Of a DNA stretch of 64,000 nucleotides, positions 9,899-19,720 are shown in pieces. The translations under genes and the position numbers were made by a program. The notes beneath the pieces are model-generated. The model saw only the letters and a list, made by a program, of their open reading frames with translations. It searched no databases and had not been told where the DNA came from. The stretch comes from Cyanobacteria bacterium P01_A01_bin.123 (GTDB lineage Bacteria > Cyanobacteriota > Cyanobacteriia > Phormidesmidales > Phormidesmidaceae). Numbering within the stretch: position 1 is the stretch's first letter; the number at the start of each line of letters is the position of its first letter. Location: positions 1 through 64,000 of the forward strand of contig JBCBZT010000043.1 in the NCBI GenBank assembly GCA_039815185.1. The letters run 5' to 3'.

Positions 9899-11710
9899 TT
9901 ACGGTCTTGGGGGGGGTGGATAGGGTGGATAGGGCGGATAGGATGGGCTATCTTCTTGCTCAGGCCATGGATCGTCGTCGATACCCTCTGGTGCTTCGTA
10001 TTCATAGTAAACAGGAGCAGGCGCAGAGCGATTAAAGATAGCAAAGCTAGCAAAAATAGTAAGCGCGATCGCAATACCAACCCCACCCCCTGCAAGCAAT
10101 AGCCACAGTTTAGAAGGATCTTTGGGGACAGTAACTGCGTGGTAGTAAACCCCTTGGGGTGAAACCCCATTGGTTTGAGGCGCAAAATGGCTCTGTTGCT
10201 CTAGCTTAGGCTGTTCTGTTGGTAAAGCGGGAAGCTGATGGGAGTTCCCTTGACGTGTACCCCCATCAGCTTGGGGCACGAGATGGTTGGGCTGCTTGGA
10301 GCGGCCTGTGTGCTCTCTATTTTCCGTTGGTGTTTCTAAGGCGGTCTGATAGGACGACATTAGAGATGCCGCTGGCTCAGGTGATCGCATTGCAGATTGG
10401 AGCGGTTTTGCGGATCGCCTGGACGTAGACCATTGAGCTGCTTCACCCGAGACGGCTTCTGTTTCAACAGGTTCTCGTTTGATTGCCTGTTTAAAGCTCG
10501 ACAGTAGATCTTCCAGTGGAGCTTCTTCAGTAGCGTTTGGGATATCTGATTGATTGGGTTGTGACGCTTCATCCTCGTCTTGCTGGCGTGACCTGACTGT
10601 TTTGAGCGAAGCCATTAACCGATTAGAAGCCGCCATCCGCTCTGTGGCTGACATCAGCTTGGCTTCGATGGAGTCAACATCGGCTTCTTCTAGGTCAAGC
10701 ACCTGTCGCAGGAGTTTGAGCTCTTCCCGGTCTGAATCGGTTAAAGACTGATTGCTTTGTAGGGTTTGGTGTAAGGCATCTTCATAGTTTTTGAGTCGCT
10801 GTTGATATTCCCGGTAGGGCTTGAGGACTTCCGTTTCGATTTGCGTTGCTTCTTGAACCTTGATTCCCAATTCTGTTTGCAATGTATCTAGGGTGAAGCG
10901 GCCAACCACCGAAAATTCGCCCCGAGTAGCCAGTTTATCGGCTTCCTTACGATATTTTAGATAGGGGTCATCAACGGTGGCGCGGGCAACGTGAATTTTA
11001 AATCCCTCTTCTACCGCGTAGATTTTGGGACGCATGGCAGGTGCGGCAGCTTGCACTTTTTTGCGAGCATATTCGTGCAGTTCATCCACTGAGACAAAGC
11101 CGTCATCGTCTGTGTCAGCAGCACCCGTTTCGATTCCCTCTACTACATAGCGGGTGTACACCGACCCCTTTGCGCCCGCTTGTTCAAAGGAATACTGGGT
11201 CGAAGAGGATGACGTTAACACTGCTCGACCTTCACCACCAAGCTGGGCGGAAATATCCACCGAACCGCTTTCTTTTGCTGTCATACCCTCAGCAAATGCC
11301 CCGCTGAAGCAGCAGTCCAGAATCACCACTTGACGCTTGCAGCGACTATTACTCATCACATCTTGCACAAACCCGGCAGGAACCGCAGTGGCCCGAATCA
11401 ACTCACCTTTTTCGCTTTTGCGCGTCTTGGGGGTAGAAAAATAGAGCCGTCCCTGGTCGTCCTTAATACCGTGCCCCGAAAAGAATAGCAACGCTAAGTC
11501 ATTTTTCTTGCAGTTTGAAAAAAACAGCTCGATGGCCTCTTGCATGGCCATCGGCTCTGGATTAAGCAAGGTTTGAACCTCATCAAAGCCCCCCATTTCA
11601 GGATGGGAAAGCACGCCCCGCATAGCTTTAATGTCATCAGCGGTGCCTGGCAGTGGGCTTAATTCGGGTTGGTATTGGCTGACGCCTATCAGTAAAGCAT
11701 GTTTGATCAT
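9899..11710 (-). CDS. Caspase-family (peptidase C14) protein with C-terminal TM helix
   Basis: ALLIGVSQY start; catalytic FSGHG and LDCCFSG; hydrophobic LWLLLAGGGVGIAIALTIFASFAIF; Pro/Tyr-rich tail. Confidence 0.88.
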   Translation of the reverse strand: MIKHALLIGVSQYQPELSPLPGTADDIKAMRGVLSHPEMGGFDEVQTLLNPEPMAMQEAIELFFSNCKKNDLALLFFSGHGIKDDQGRLYFSTPKTRKSEKGELIRATAVPAGFVQDVMSNSRCKRQVVILDCCFSGAFAEGMTAKESGSVDISAQLGGEGRAVLTSSSSTQYSFEQAGAKGSVYTRYVVEGIETGAADTDDDGFVSVDELHEYARKKVQAAAPAMRPKIYAVEEGFKIHVARATVDDPYLKYRKEADKLATRGEFSVVGRFTLDTLQTELGIKVQEATQIETEVLKPYREYQQRLKNYEDALHQTLQSNQSLTDSDREELKLLRQVLDLEEADVDSIEAKLMSATERMAASNRLMASLKTVRSRQQDEDEASQPNQSDIPNATEEAPLEDLLSSFKQAIKREPVETEAVSGEAAQWSTSRRSAKPLQSAMRSPEPAASLMSSYQTALETPTENREHTGRSKQPNHLVPQADGGTRQGNSHQLPALPTEQPKLEQQSHFAPQTNGVSPQGVYYHAVTVPKDPSKLWLLLAGGGVGIAIALTIFASFAIFNRSAPAPVYYEYEAPEGIDDDPWPEQEDSPSYPPYPPYPPPPRP

Positions 11711-12003
11711 GATGCAAATTCCCTGGTGGTGATATAGCCCCTATTGCAGCGGTGGTGGGGGCATACCTATCGCTGCTATTGATGAGGCTGGAGCTAAACC
11801 CCACATCGTAAGTTAGGCGTCTTAACTAGGCTTATGCTTTATTGAGCCATTCTGAGCTTTAGGTGCTCTAATTTTGTAATTCAATGGTGCCCACGAACCG
11901 AACGTTAGGCGACAAACAATCCGGGTTAACGCAGTGGGAAAACCATAGACAGTCATTTATACTTAGCTTTAATATTGCTTAATATTCTGACTCGCACAGG
12001 TAA

Positions 12004-13476
12004 ATGAAAGACATTTTTACCCACAAGGCTTGGTTCTCGAACGTTAGGAACGATTTACTGGCTGGTATTGTGGTAGCGTTAGCCCTGATTCCAGAGGCGA
12101 TCGCATTTTCTCTCGTCGCCGGGGTTGATCCCAAGGTAGGGCTGTATGCCTCCTTCTGTATTGCCATTGTGACGGCCTTTGTCGGCGGGCGGCCTGGTAT
12201 GATTTCGGCAGCCACAGGGGCGATGGCGCTGCTGATGATCACCCTAGTGCGCGATTACGGCTTAGAGTACCTACTGGCAACCACGATTTTGACCGGCATC
12301 TTGCAGCTCGTTTGGGGTTGGATCAAGCTGGGCAATCAGATGCGATTCGTGCCAAGGGCGGTGATGGTAGGTTTTGTCAATGCCCTGGCGATTTTAATCT
12401 TTAATGCTCAACTGCCCCAGATAGCAGGGGGCAACTGGTTGGTTTATGCGATGGTGCTAGCTGGTTTAGGGATTATCTACGGTTTGCCTCGGGTGACCAA
12501 AGCAGTCCCCTCTCCCTTAGTAGCCATTGTGGTATTGACTGCCGCTGCGATCGCAGCGGGATGGAACGTTCCGGTAGTTGGCGATATTCCATCCAGCCTA
12601 CCTACCTTCGCTCTGCCTAGGGTGCCGCTCAACTTTGAAACTGTCGAGATTATTCTGCCCTATGCCCTGGCTTTATCATTAGTGGGGTTGTTGGAATCGT
12701 TCCTCACGGCCAGCGTGATTGACGATTTAACTGATACGCCGAGCAACAAAAATCGCGAGGCTGTCGGTCAAGGGGTTGCCAATATTATTGCGGGCTGCTT
12801 TGGCGGGATGGCGGGATGCGCCATGATCGGTCAATCAGTGATTAATGTGCGATCTGGTGGTCGCACCCGGTTATCGACCTTGAGTGCGGGCGTGTTTTTG
12901 CTGTTCTGCATTTTGATGCTTGGCGACTGGGTCGCTCAAATCCCCACAGCTGCCCTAGTTTCGGTCATGGTCATGGTGTCGATCAGCACCTTTAGCTGGT
13001 CTTCTCTGCGCAATATTCGAATTATCCCTAAGAGCGAAACGGCAGTGATGGTGACTACGGTAGTCATTACATTACTGACGCATAACCTGGCTATTGGGGT
13101 CACGGTTGGGGTGGCATTGAGTGCCATCTTCTTCAGCCGTAAAATTGCCAAGCTCATTCAGGTCGAATCTGAGGTAATTGCCCCAGAGCACAAACATATT
13201 TACCATATCCACGGCCAAATCTTCTTCGTCTCCGTGCAGGATTTCATCAATGGTTTCGACTTTCGAGAACCTGTGGAGTTTGTCACTATAGATTTGACCC
13301 ATGCCCATTTGTGGGATCAATCTGCGGTAGATGCTGTTGATAAGGTAGTGTTCCGGTTTCGCAGGCGTAATGTAAAGGTTGAACTGATTGGTCTAAATGA
13401 AGCCAGTGCGACCCTGCTGGATCGCTTGGCAATTCACCACAAAACTGATTTCCCAGATCAGATGGCATTGCATTAA
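12004..13476 (+). CDS. SulP/SLC26 family inorganic anion transporter with STAS domain
   Basis: [40 protein letters not shown]...[10 protein letters not shown]. Confidence 0.93.
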   Translation: MKDIFTHKAWFSNVRNDLLAGIVVALALIPEAIAFSLVAGVDPKVGLYASFCIAIVTAFVGGRPGMISAATGAMALLMITLVRDYGLEYLLATTILTGILQLVWGWIKLGNQMRFVPRAVMVGFVNALAILIFNAQLPQIAGGNWLVYAMVLAGLGIIYGLPRVTKAVPSPLVAIVVLTAAAIAAGWNVPVVGDIPSSLPTFALPRVPLNFETVEIILPYALALSLVGLLESFLTASVIDDLTDTPSNKNREAVGQGVANIIAGCFGGMAGCAMIGQSVINVRSGGRTRLSTLSAGVFLLFCILMLGDWVAQIPTAALVSVMVMVSISTFSWSSLRNIRIIPKSETAVMVTTVVITLLTHNLAIGVTVGVALSAIFFSRKIAKLIQVESEVIAPEHKHIYHIHGQIFFVSVQDFINGFDFREPVEFVTIDLTHAHLWDQSAVDAVDKVVFRFRRRNVKVELIGLNEASATLLDRLAIHHKTDFPDQMALH

Positions 13477-13568
13477 TGTGCGGTTATCTAGCGATGAACG
13501 GGGCTTCACGTTCCAGATAAGAATTGATAGGACGTTTCCGGTTGGCGGGTTTGGTTGTGCTCCAGTTT

Positions 13569-14348
13569 CTAGCGGAAAAACTTGCAAATTCCACGCTCTG
13601 AAGTGTCAATAAATGTACACAGCTCCTCAATCAGAGGAGATTTGAGTGTGGTGTGAATGTGCTGCACGGCATTAGACACACTCAGGTCAGATTGATAGAG
13701 GATTTGCAAAGCCTGTTTGAGCAACTTACGATCATCTGCTGATACCTTGGCCCGTCGTAAGCCCACTATGTTGAGACCCATGATCATATTGGGGCTGACG
13801 CTGCGGGTCATGCAAAAGGGGGGGACGTCTTTTTGCACTGCTGATCCCCCGGACATCATTACCAAACGACCAACGCGAGTAAATTGATGCACTAAGCAAC
13901 CGCCACTGATAAAGGCACGCTCACCTACTTCGGCATACCCCGCAATTAGGGCGTTGTTGGCTAAGATAACTTGATTGCCCAATTTAGCATTGTGGGCCAC
14001 GTGACTATTCGCCATCAGCAAACAGTCGTCACCGATCACCGTAGTTGTCCCCGGCTTCGTGCCGCGATGAACCGTGACGCCCTCACGCAACACACAACGA
14101 TCGCCAATGTGAGCATAGGTTTCGGCAGCTTCAAAGGCCAAATCTTGGGGCAAATCTCCAAGCACAGCCCCTGAATGAACCCGGCACCCCCGGCCCAGGG
14201 TGGTGTAACGCAACAATGTTGCCCTAGGCAAGATTTGGCAACTATCCCCGACTTTAACCTCGGCATCAATGTAGGCAAACGCGCCAACGGTTACGTTCTT
14301 ACCCAATTCTGCTCTGGGGTCAACCACTGCTGTGGGATGAATGGTCAT
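13569..14348 (-). CDS. lpxA: Acyl-ACP:UDP-N-acetylglucosamine O-acyltransferase
   Basis: IHPTAVVD hexapeptide repeats; PQDL, HRGT, SHVAHN, VHQF, GLNIVGLRR. Confidence 0.9.
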   Translation of the reverse strand: MTIHPTAVVDPRAELGKNVTVGAFAYIDAEVKVGDSCQILPRATLLRYTTLGRGCRVHSGAVLGDLPQDLAFEAAETYAHIGDRCVLREGVTVHRGTKPGTTTVIGDDCLLMANSHVAHNAKLGNQVILANNALIAGYAEVGERAFISGGCLVHQFTRVGRLVMMSGGSAVQKDVPPFCMTRSVSPNMIMGLNIVGLRRAKVSADDRKLLKQALQILYQSDLSVSNAVQHIHTTLKSPLIEELCTFIDTSERGICKFFR

Positions 14349-14567
14349 CTGTGAGCCTACCTTTATCTGTTAGCGCAGCTTCAAGCCATTCTAGAGTCGT
14401 TGTTACCGTTTTATGAAAGTCCGGCTACGAATAGGCCATCCAAACCGTAGACCCACCCGATCAAGAATTGCATCGTCGTCTGGGTTAACTGCTCTAATCT
14501 GCAAGGGATCTACTTTGTAGTGCTCACGACAGTGTGGCCTTGGCTACCCTTGGTTTGTTTGAGGTGG

Positions 14568-14963
14568 TTAACCTCCCTCCACCTGATCTCGATACTCATC
14601 AGCATCCATCGCGTCATCGAGATCTTCTAAGTCTTCCACCCTAATTTTAAGTAACCAGCCGTCACCGTAAGGATCGTCGGCCAGTTGTTCGGGCGATTCG
14701 ATTAGGGCTTCGTTGCGTTCGAGCACTTCCCCATTCAGGGGTGATTTCAAATCTTCGACAGCTTTGACTGACTCGACGGTGCCAAAGTTTTCACCTTTTT
14801 CAACTGTGTCACCAATCTCTGGCAATTCTAAAAACACGATGTCACCCAGTTGATCGACGGCAAAGGCGCTAATACCAATGGTCGCGATCGCGTCGTCTTC
14901 GTCCAAACGGGCATATTCGTGGGAATCGAGATATTTTAGATCGGAGGGAAATTCAAGGGCCAT
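14568..14963 (-). CDS. gcvH: Glycine cleavage system H protein
   Basis: VESVKA lipoyl-lysine motif, [11 protein letters not shown] at 14963 preferred. Confidence 0.96.
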   Translation of the reverse strand: MALEFPSDLKYLDSHEYARLDEDDAIATIGISAFAVDQLGDIVFLELPEIGDTVEKGENFGTVESVKAVEDLKSPLNGEVLERNEALIESPEQLADDPYGDGWLLKIRVEDLEDLDDAMDADEYRDQVEGG

Positions 14964-15140
14964 GCTGCTTCCTAAACACACCATTCTGAGGGCTTTATAG
15001 CACACATCCCGAGGCGCAGACCCAATCTATTTCCGAATTTTTGTCTTGATGGTGAGCGAGGCTTACCCAAGCGTTGCAACGCTATGCAAACCAGTGGGAC
15101 GAAATTGCAGTAGCGGTCTATACTATGTGGCCAAAGCGAT

Positions 15141-17414
15141 GTGAGCGGGTCTCATCGGATCATCGACTCATCTGAATCTAGAGTGGCGATGGCGATGGCC
15201 CCACTAAATTGGTCTCTGAATCATTGCAGGAAAGTGACTTTTTTGGGTAAGCGAAAACTCAATCGTTGGGTCGGATTAGGGGTGATCGTGGCGATCGCGA
15301 TCGCGCTGTTGTTCCCTATTCCTAATGCCTGGGCTACCCCAGATGCCCTAGCCTCGCTACAACCCCTAACGGCTGAACGGTTGCAAGATCGATTGCAATC
15401 CTTGGTCAACCGGGACGGCACCCCCACCGTTGACCTGCGTCGATTTGTCATTGATCTGCGGCCCGAAAACGCTGACTTCCGCGATCGCTTTTATCGTCAA
15501 TTGCAAGCCAAACTCCAAGGGGGTGCAACTGCCGTTGGCCTCGACCTCAGCTATGCCCAAGTTCAGGGTGATTTAGATTTCACTCGATTGGCCTTACAGG
15601 CATCCCTCTATGATGAGGGGCTCTCTAATCTGCTATCTGAAACAGCCCAGACTCAACTCAACCGCGATCGCCGCCGGGTGTCCCAGTTGAGCCAACTGTC
15701 GCGATCGCTGTTGATTCAACCCCAACCCGCTCGTTTAAACCTCTATGTCTTCCGGGGACCGCTGAAGCTAGTGCAAACTCAGTTTCAGGGCACTGTAGAC
15801 GGTTCAGACGTGTTCTTCCTCAACCGCGTCGAGGCTCAAGGGGCGGTATTTGGCCGAGCCGCGACCTGGGCAGAAGCCCGCTTTAGTGACACGGTTAGTT
15901 TTATCGGGGCCCTCTTCCAAGCTGATGTACGCTTTCGCAACGCCATCTTTTTTGATCGGGTACGGTTCAATCAGGGACAATTTCGGGCGAGCAGCGTGTT
16001 TCAGGGAGCTGAATTTCGAACTACTGCTAACTTTAATCAAGCCGAATTTAGCGGCGAAGCTAATTTTAACCGGGTGCAGTGGCAGGGCAATGCCGATTTT
16101 GCCCAGACTACTTGGCAAGGGCAGTCTACATTCGTCAAGGACAGTTTTCAAAAGGCGTTGTTTTTAACCGAAACTCGCTTCGATGCACCGCTAATTTTGC
16201 GTGAAGCCCGCTTTAGCGAACCGATAAACTTACGCGGGGCAAGTGTACTGAGCCAAATTGACTTTGGCGATGTCCAGTTTTTACCCGGCACCTACGCTAA
16301 CGTATCGGGCATGGAGTTCAATGCCGAGCAAGGCGAAATTTTGGGCAGTCCCGGTCGCATTGGTCAGCGTTTATCCGTGCCCACCCTGTCTGGAAACGAA
16401 ACCCTACTCAGAAATCTAGTCCGTAACTTCCGGCGCTTAGAGCAAGTTGCCGACGCCAATCACCTGGAATATACCACCGAAAAACTACGTCTAAACGAGC
16501 TGCAAAAGCGCCTGCTAGGCGTTAATCTTAACGGCGCTTCAGTGCCTGATTTATTGCAGGTAGGATTTTCTCAGCCCCAAGTTGATGCCATTGTCCAACA
16601 GCGTCAAACCCAACCTTTCCTAACCCTCACCGATTTGTTGACGCTCGATGCCGTTGATCTAGCGGCCTATGTTAAAGTGCGCGATCGCGTTGTCACAGGC
16701 GACCCCCTCGCTTGGGTGACTCGATTGCAAACGGCAAGTCGCTGGTTCTGCTTAGAATTACTGTTGGTCTTGAGTCACTACGGCACCAGCGTGGGCTTAA
16801 CCTTTGGGATCGGACTTTTAGCGATCGCCTGGTTTGCCCTATTGTTTTGGCTCGTCGATCGCTACCGCCGTCGCTTACCGACCCCCCTAGTGCCCCGGAT
16901 TGGCGAAACCCTAACGATGGTCGGGAGTTTTGTGCTGATCACGCTAATTAGTGTGAGTATTGTGGTGCGTACCGCCGATTATCCAGGATTGACTTTGGGG
17001 TGTTTAGCTGTTGTCACGTTGCCAGTTCCGGGGGTGCTGACGGGCATTTTATATCAACAAGGGCGCTATCACGATTTGTTGGAAACCAGCTATTTCGTAG
17101 AAGACGGTAGTATGCGCCAGCTGCGATTGCTGATTGCTCGCTTACCCAATATTCCAAAATTTCCGTTTTATCGCGATCGCTACACGCCCATCCTCCTTGA
17201 TCGCCGTTGGAACTGGTTGAATTACTATGACTTTAGCTTCATCAACTGGTTTAAGTTTGGCTTTAATGACATTCGCATCCGTGATCAACACATGCCGGGG
17301 CTGATTACTGCGCTGGTGTGGTATCAATGGTGCCTGGGCATTTTATACATCGTCCTGTTGTTGTGGACGCTGTCGCGTACTATTCCTGGGTTGAATCTAC
17401 TGCTCTACTTCTAG
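15141..17414 (+). CDS. Pentapeptide-repeat membrane protein with ComEA-like helix-hairpin-helix and channel-like C-terminal TM region (start uncertain)
   Basis: N-terminal hydrophobic helix; repeated A.F...A.F units; VNLNGAS..DL..VG...DAIV..R..QPF....DL; C-terminal TMs around YDFSFINWFKFGFND. Confidence 0.75.
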   Translation: MSGSHRIIDSSESRVAMAMAPLNWSLNHCRKVTFLGKRKLNRWVGLGVIVAIAIALLFPIPNAWATPDALASLQPLTAERLQDRLQSLVNRDGTPTVDLRRFVIDLRPENADFRDRFYRQLQAKLQGGATAVGLDLSYAQVQGDLDFTRLALQASLYDEGLSNLLSETAQTQLNRDRRRVSQLSQLSRSLLIQPQPARLNLYVFRGPLKLVQTQFQGTVDGSDVFFLNRVEAQGAVFGRAATWAEARFSDTVSFIGALFQADVRFRNAIFFDRVRFNQGQFRASSVFQGAEFRTTANFNQAEFSGEANFNRVQWQGNADFAQTTWQGQSTFVKDSFQKALFLTETRFDAPLILREARFSEPINLRGASVLSQIDFGDVQFLPGTYANVSGMEFNAEQGEILGSPGRIGQRLSVPTLSGNETLLRNLVRNFRRLEQVADANHLEYTTEKLRLNELQKRLLGVNLNGASVPDLLQVGFSQPQVDAIVQQRQTQPFLTLTDLLTLDAVDLAAYVKVRDRVVTGDPLAWVTRLQTASRWFCLELLLVLSHYGTSVGLTFGIGLLAIAWFALLFWLVDRYRRRLPTPLVPRIGETLTMVGSFVLITLISVSIVVRTADYPGLTLGCLAVVTLPVPGVLTGILYQQGRYHDLLETSYFVEDGSMRQLRLLIARLPNIPKFPFYRDRYTPILLDRRWNWLNYYDFSFINWFKFGFNDIRIRDQHMPGLITALVWYQWCLGILYIVLLLWTLSRTIPGLNLLLYF

Positions 17415-17457
17415 GCTGCACTTTTATTACCCTCTAGGTCTTCTACAGCGTTCGAAT

Positions 17458-18048
17458 ATGTCTTCTTCCGATCCTAGTCTGTCTATTCGTGATCAAAAAA
17501 TCAGTTTACGTAAACGGTTAATTCGCGCCCGTCAATCGATTCCTCCTCACCTATGGCGTGACAAAAGCGATCGCATTTGCAATCAGATTAAATCGCTGTC
17601 GTTTTTTCCCACGAGCCGGATTGTTTTGGCCTATCGGAGTTTTCGCGGCGAGCCTGATCTCGGCCCGTTATTCAATTTGCATCGCCTTTGGGGGTTGCCG
17701 CGCTGTGAGGGCAAAGCAATGTTTTGGCATCGTTGGTATGCGGGTGAACCATTACCGCTTCAAAAGGGGACTCTAGGAATTACGGAGCCCCATCCCAACA
17801 GCCCTGGGATTGACCCAGATAAGGTAGATTTGATTTTGGTACCTGCAGTGGCTTGCGATGTGAAGGGGTATCGGTTGGGCTATGGCGGTGGCTATTACGA
17901 TCGGATGTTGAGTGATCCGCGCTGGGCCAATAAGCCGACGATTGGCATTGTGTTTGAATATGCCCGATTACCATCCTTGCCGCGAGAACCCTGGGATCGG
18001 CCTTTAGATGGTATTTGTACGGAGAGTGGGCTGTTTTTGGTGGATTAG
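17458..18048 (+). CDS. 5-formyltetrahydrofolate cyclo-ligase
   Basis: DLILVPAVA.D..GYRLGYGGGYYDRML. Confidence 0.93.
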   Translation: MSSSDPSLSIRDQKISLRKRLIRARQSIPPHLWRDKSDRICNQIKSLSFFPTSRIVLAYRSFRGEPDLGPLFNLHRLWGLPRCEGKAMFWHRWYAGEPLPLQKGTLGITEPHPNSPGIDPDKVDLILVPAVACDVKGYRLGYGGGYYDRMLSDPRWANKPTIGIVFEYARLPSLPREPWDRPLDGICTESGLFLVD

Positions 18049-18094
18049 AGTTGAGGTTACCGGGTGCGATCGCTGTATCAGTTTCCCTTTGAGC

Positions 18095-18157
18095 TCAGTA
18101 GGTGGCCCAAACTCGACGAAAACCCAATGAATATCTCAGCTATTCAAGGCTACGTTT
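18095..18157. mobile_element. MITE family B, truncated copy 2
   Basis: AGTAGGTGGCCCAAACT, ATCTCAGC and CTACGTTT blocks colinear with 8585-8677; right TIR absent. Confidence 0.55.
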
Positions 18158-18234
18158 GAGTCTGCTAAGCATCGGCATAAGTGATTTTGCGTAATGGCTG
18201 GGAACGCTAGGAATATAATCCATTTGTATGCCCT

Positions 18235-19623
18235 ATGTTGTACCTACTATTTTTGGTATCCATTGGCTTGGCTACCGCAACTGCACTGCTCTATCAACAG
18301 CTTCAGAAGAGCAAGAAAACAAACAGGATCACTGAGCAACGTGTTCAAGATGCTGGCAAAAAGCTCAGAGACGCAGACAGAAAGTATGGTGGTTTAATTT
18401 CAAAAGAAGAAACTTTGAAGAAATTAGATACACAGGTTGTTGTTCTTCGTGATCGCCTCACACAGCTTCGACAACAAGCCAATGTACAAGAAGAGGAAAT
18501 CAACCATAAAATCCATGCCCTGACAACGAAGTTGTTTAATCTAGAAGAAAAAGATTTTACTGAAGACTTTGGATTTTATGAATCTAAGTATGATTTTCAG
18601 GAATCTACAGAATATAAGCAGAAATTAGATGATATTCGTTTGCATCAGAAAAGATTAATCAAGGAAAAGGCTGCTGCTATCTGCAACACTGAGTGGACAG
18701 TTGCAGGAAGTAAGAAGCAGGGTCAAAAGATGGTTAATGATTTTCTAAAGCTGGTTTTACGTGCATTCAATGGAGAATGTGATTCTGCTGTCAGCAAGGT
18801 TAAATATAGTAACATTAAAACAATGGAGAATCGAATTCAGAAGGCTTATGAAGCTTTAAATAAACTTTCTGAAAGTACACATTGTGAGATCACTCCAGAG
18901 TATTTTGACTTGAAAATCGAAGAACTCCATCTAATACATGAATATCAAGAGAAAAAATATCAAGAGCAGGAAGAGCAGCGTATAATTCGTGAGCAAATGC
19001 GCGAGGAAGAGCGTGCACAAAAGGAAGTAGAAAAAGCTAGAAAAGAAGCCGAGAAGGAAGAACGTCAATATCAAGAAGCTCTAGAGAAAGCTAAAAAAGA
19101 AGCTGAAAATGCTACTGGCAAGCTTCAGAGAGAGCTACTATCTCAAATTGAAGAACTTCAGAGAAGAGTGGCAGAGGCCGAAGACAATAAGCAAAGAGCT
19201 ATTTCACAAGCACAATTAACTAGATCTGGGCATGTTTATATCATCTCTAACATAGGATCTTTCGGCGACAATGTTTATAAGATTGGCATGACACGGAGAT
19301 TAAAGCCAGAAGAACGCGTCAAGGAATTAGGTGACGCTTCTGTTCCCTTCTCGTTCGACATCCACGCAATGATTTCATGTGACAATGCCCCAGAATTAGA
19401 ATCCAGATTGCACAAGATTTTTGACGACAGGCGTGTGAATAGCGTAAACGGTAGAAAGGAATTCTTTAAGGTATCCCTTGAAGAAATTATTGGGGCAGTT
19501 AAACATATTGATAAAGAACTTCAAACGTGCACCTCAGAAGTTAAATTCACCAAGGTTGCTGAAGCTGCTGAATATCGAAAAACGCTGGCTCAGATGCGAT
19601 CTAGGCAAATGGCCAATGCTTGA
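18235..19623 (+). CDS. TM + coiled-coil/DUF4041-like + GIY-YIG (T5orf172-type) nuclease; SNIPE/PD-lambda-1-like
   Basis: N-terminal TM; LRAFNGECD and REQMREEERA motifs; C-terminal GHVYIISNIGSFGDNVYKIGMTRR, SVPFSFDIHA, LE..LH, KEFF; AT-rich. Confidence 0.85.
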   Translation: MLYLLFLVSIGLATATALLYQQLQKSKKTNRITEQRVQDAGKKLRDADRKYGGLISKEETLKKLDTQVVVLRDRLTQLRQQANVQEEEINHKIHALTTKLFNLEEKDFTEDFGFYESKYDFQESTEYKQKLDDIRLHQKRLIKEKAAAICNTEWTVAGSKKQGQKMVNDFLKLVLRAFNGECDSAVSKVKYSNIKTMENRIQKAYEALNKLSESTHCEITPEYFDLKIEELHLIHEYQEKKYQEQEEQRIIREQMREEERAQKEVEKARKEAEKEERQYQEALEKAKKEAENATGKLQRELLSQIEELQRRVAEAEDNKQRAISQAQLTRSGHVYIISNIGSFGDNVYKIGMTRRLKPEERVKELGDASVPFSFDIHAMISCDNAPELESRLHKIFDDRRVNSVNGRKEFFKVSLEEIIGAVKHIDKELQTCTSEVKFTKVAEAAEYRKTLAQMRSRQMANA

Positions 19624-19720
19624 GATAGTGGATGCTACAGCGCGATCGGCTCTATTTCCATTTCCTAATTGCGATCGCTGCTTTAAAGTATAAAGCGATC
19701 GCCCATTTACCAAGGATTAA

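Noticed and set aside
11711..12003. EACC1-type partner gene upstream of the caspase
   Set aside because: No suitable minus-strand ORF in the gap
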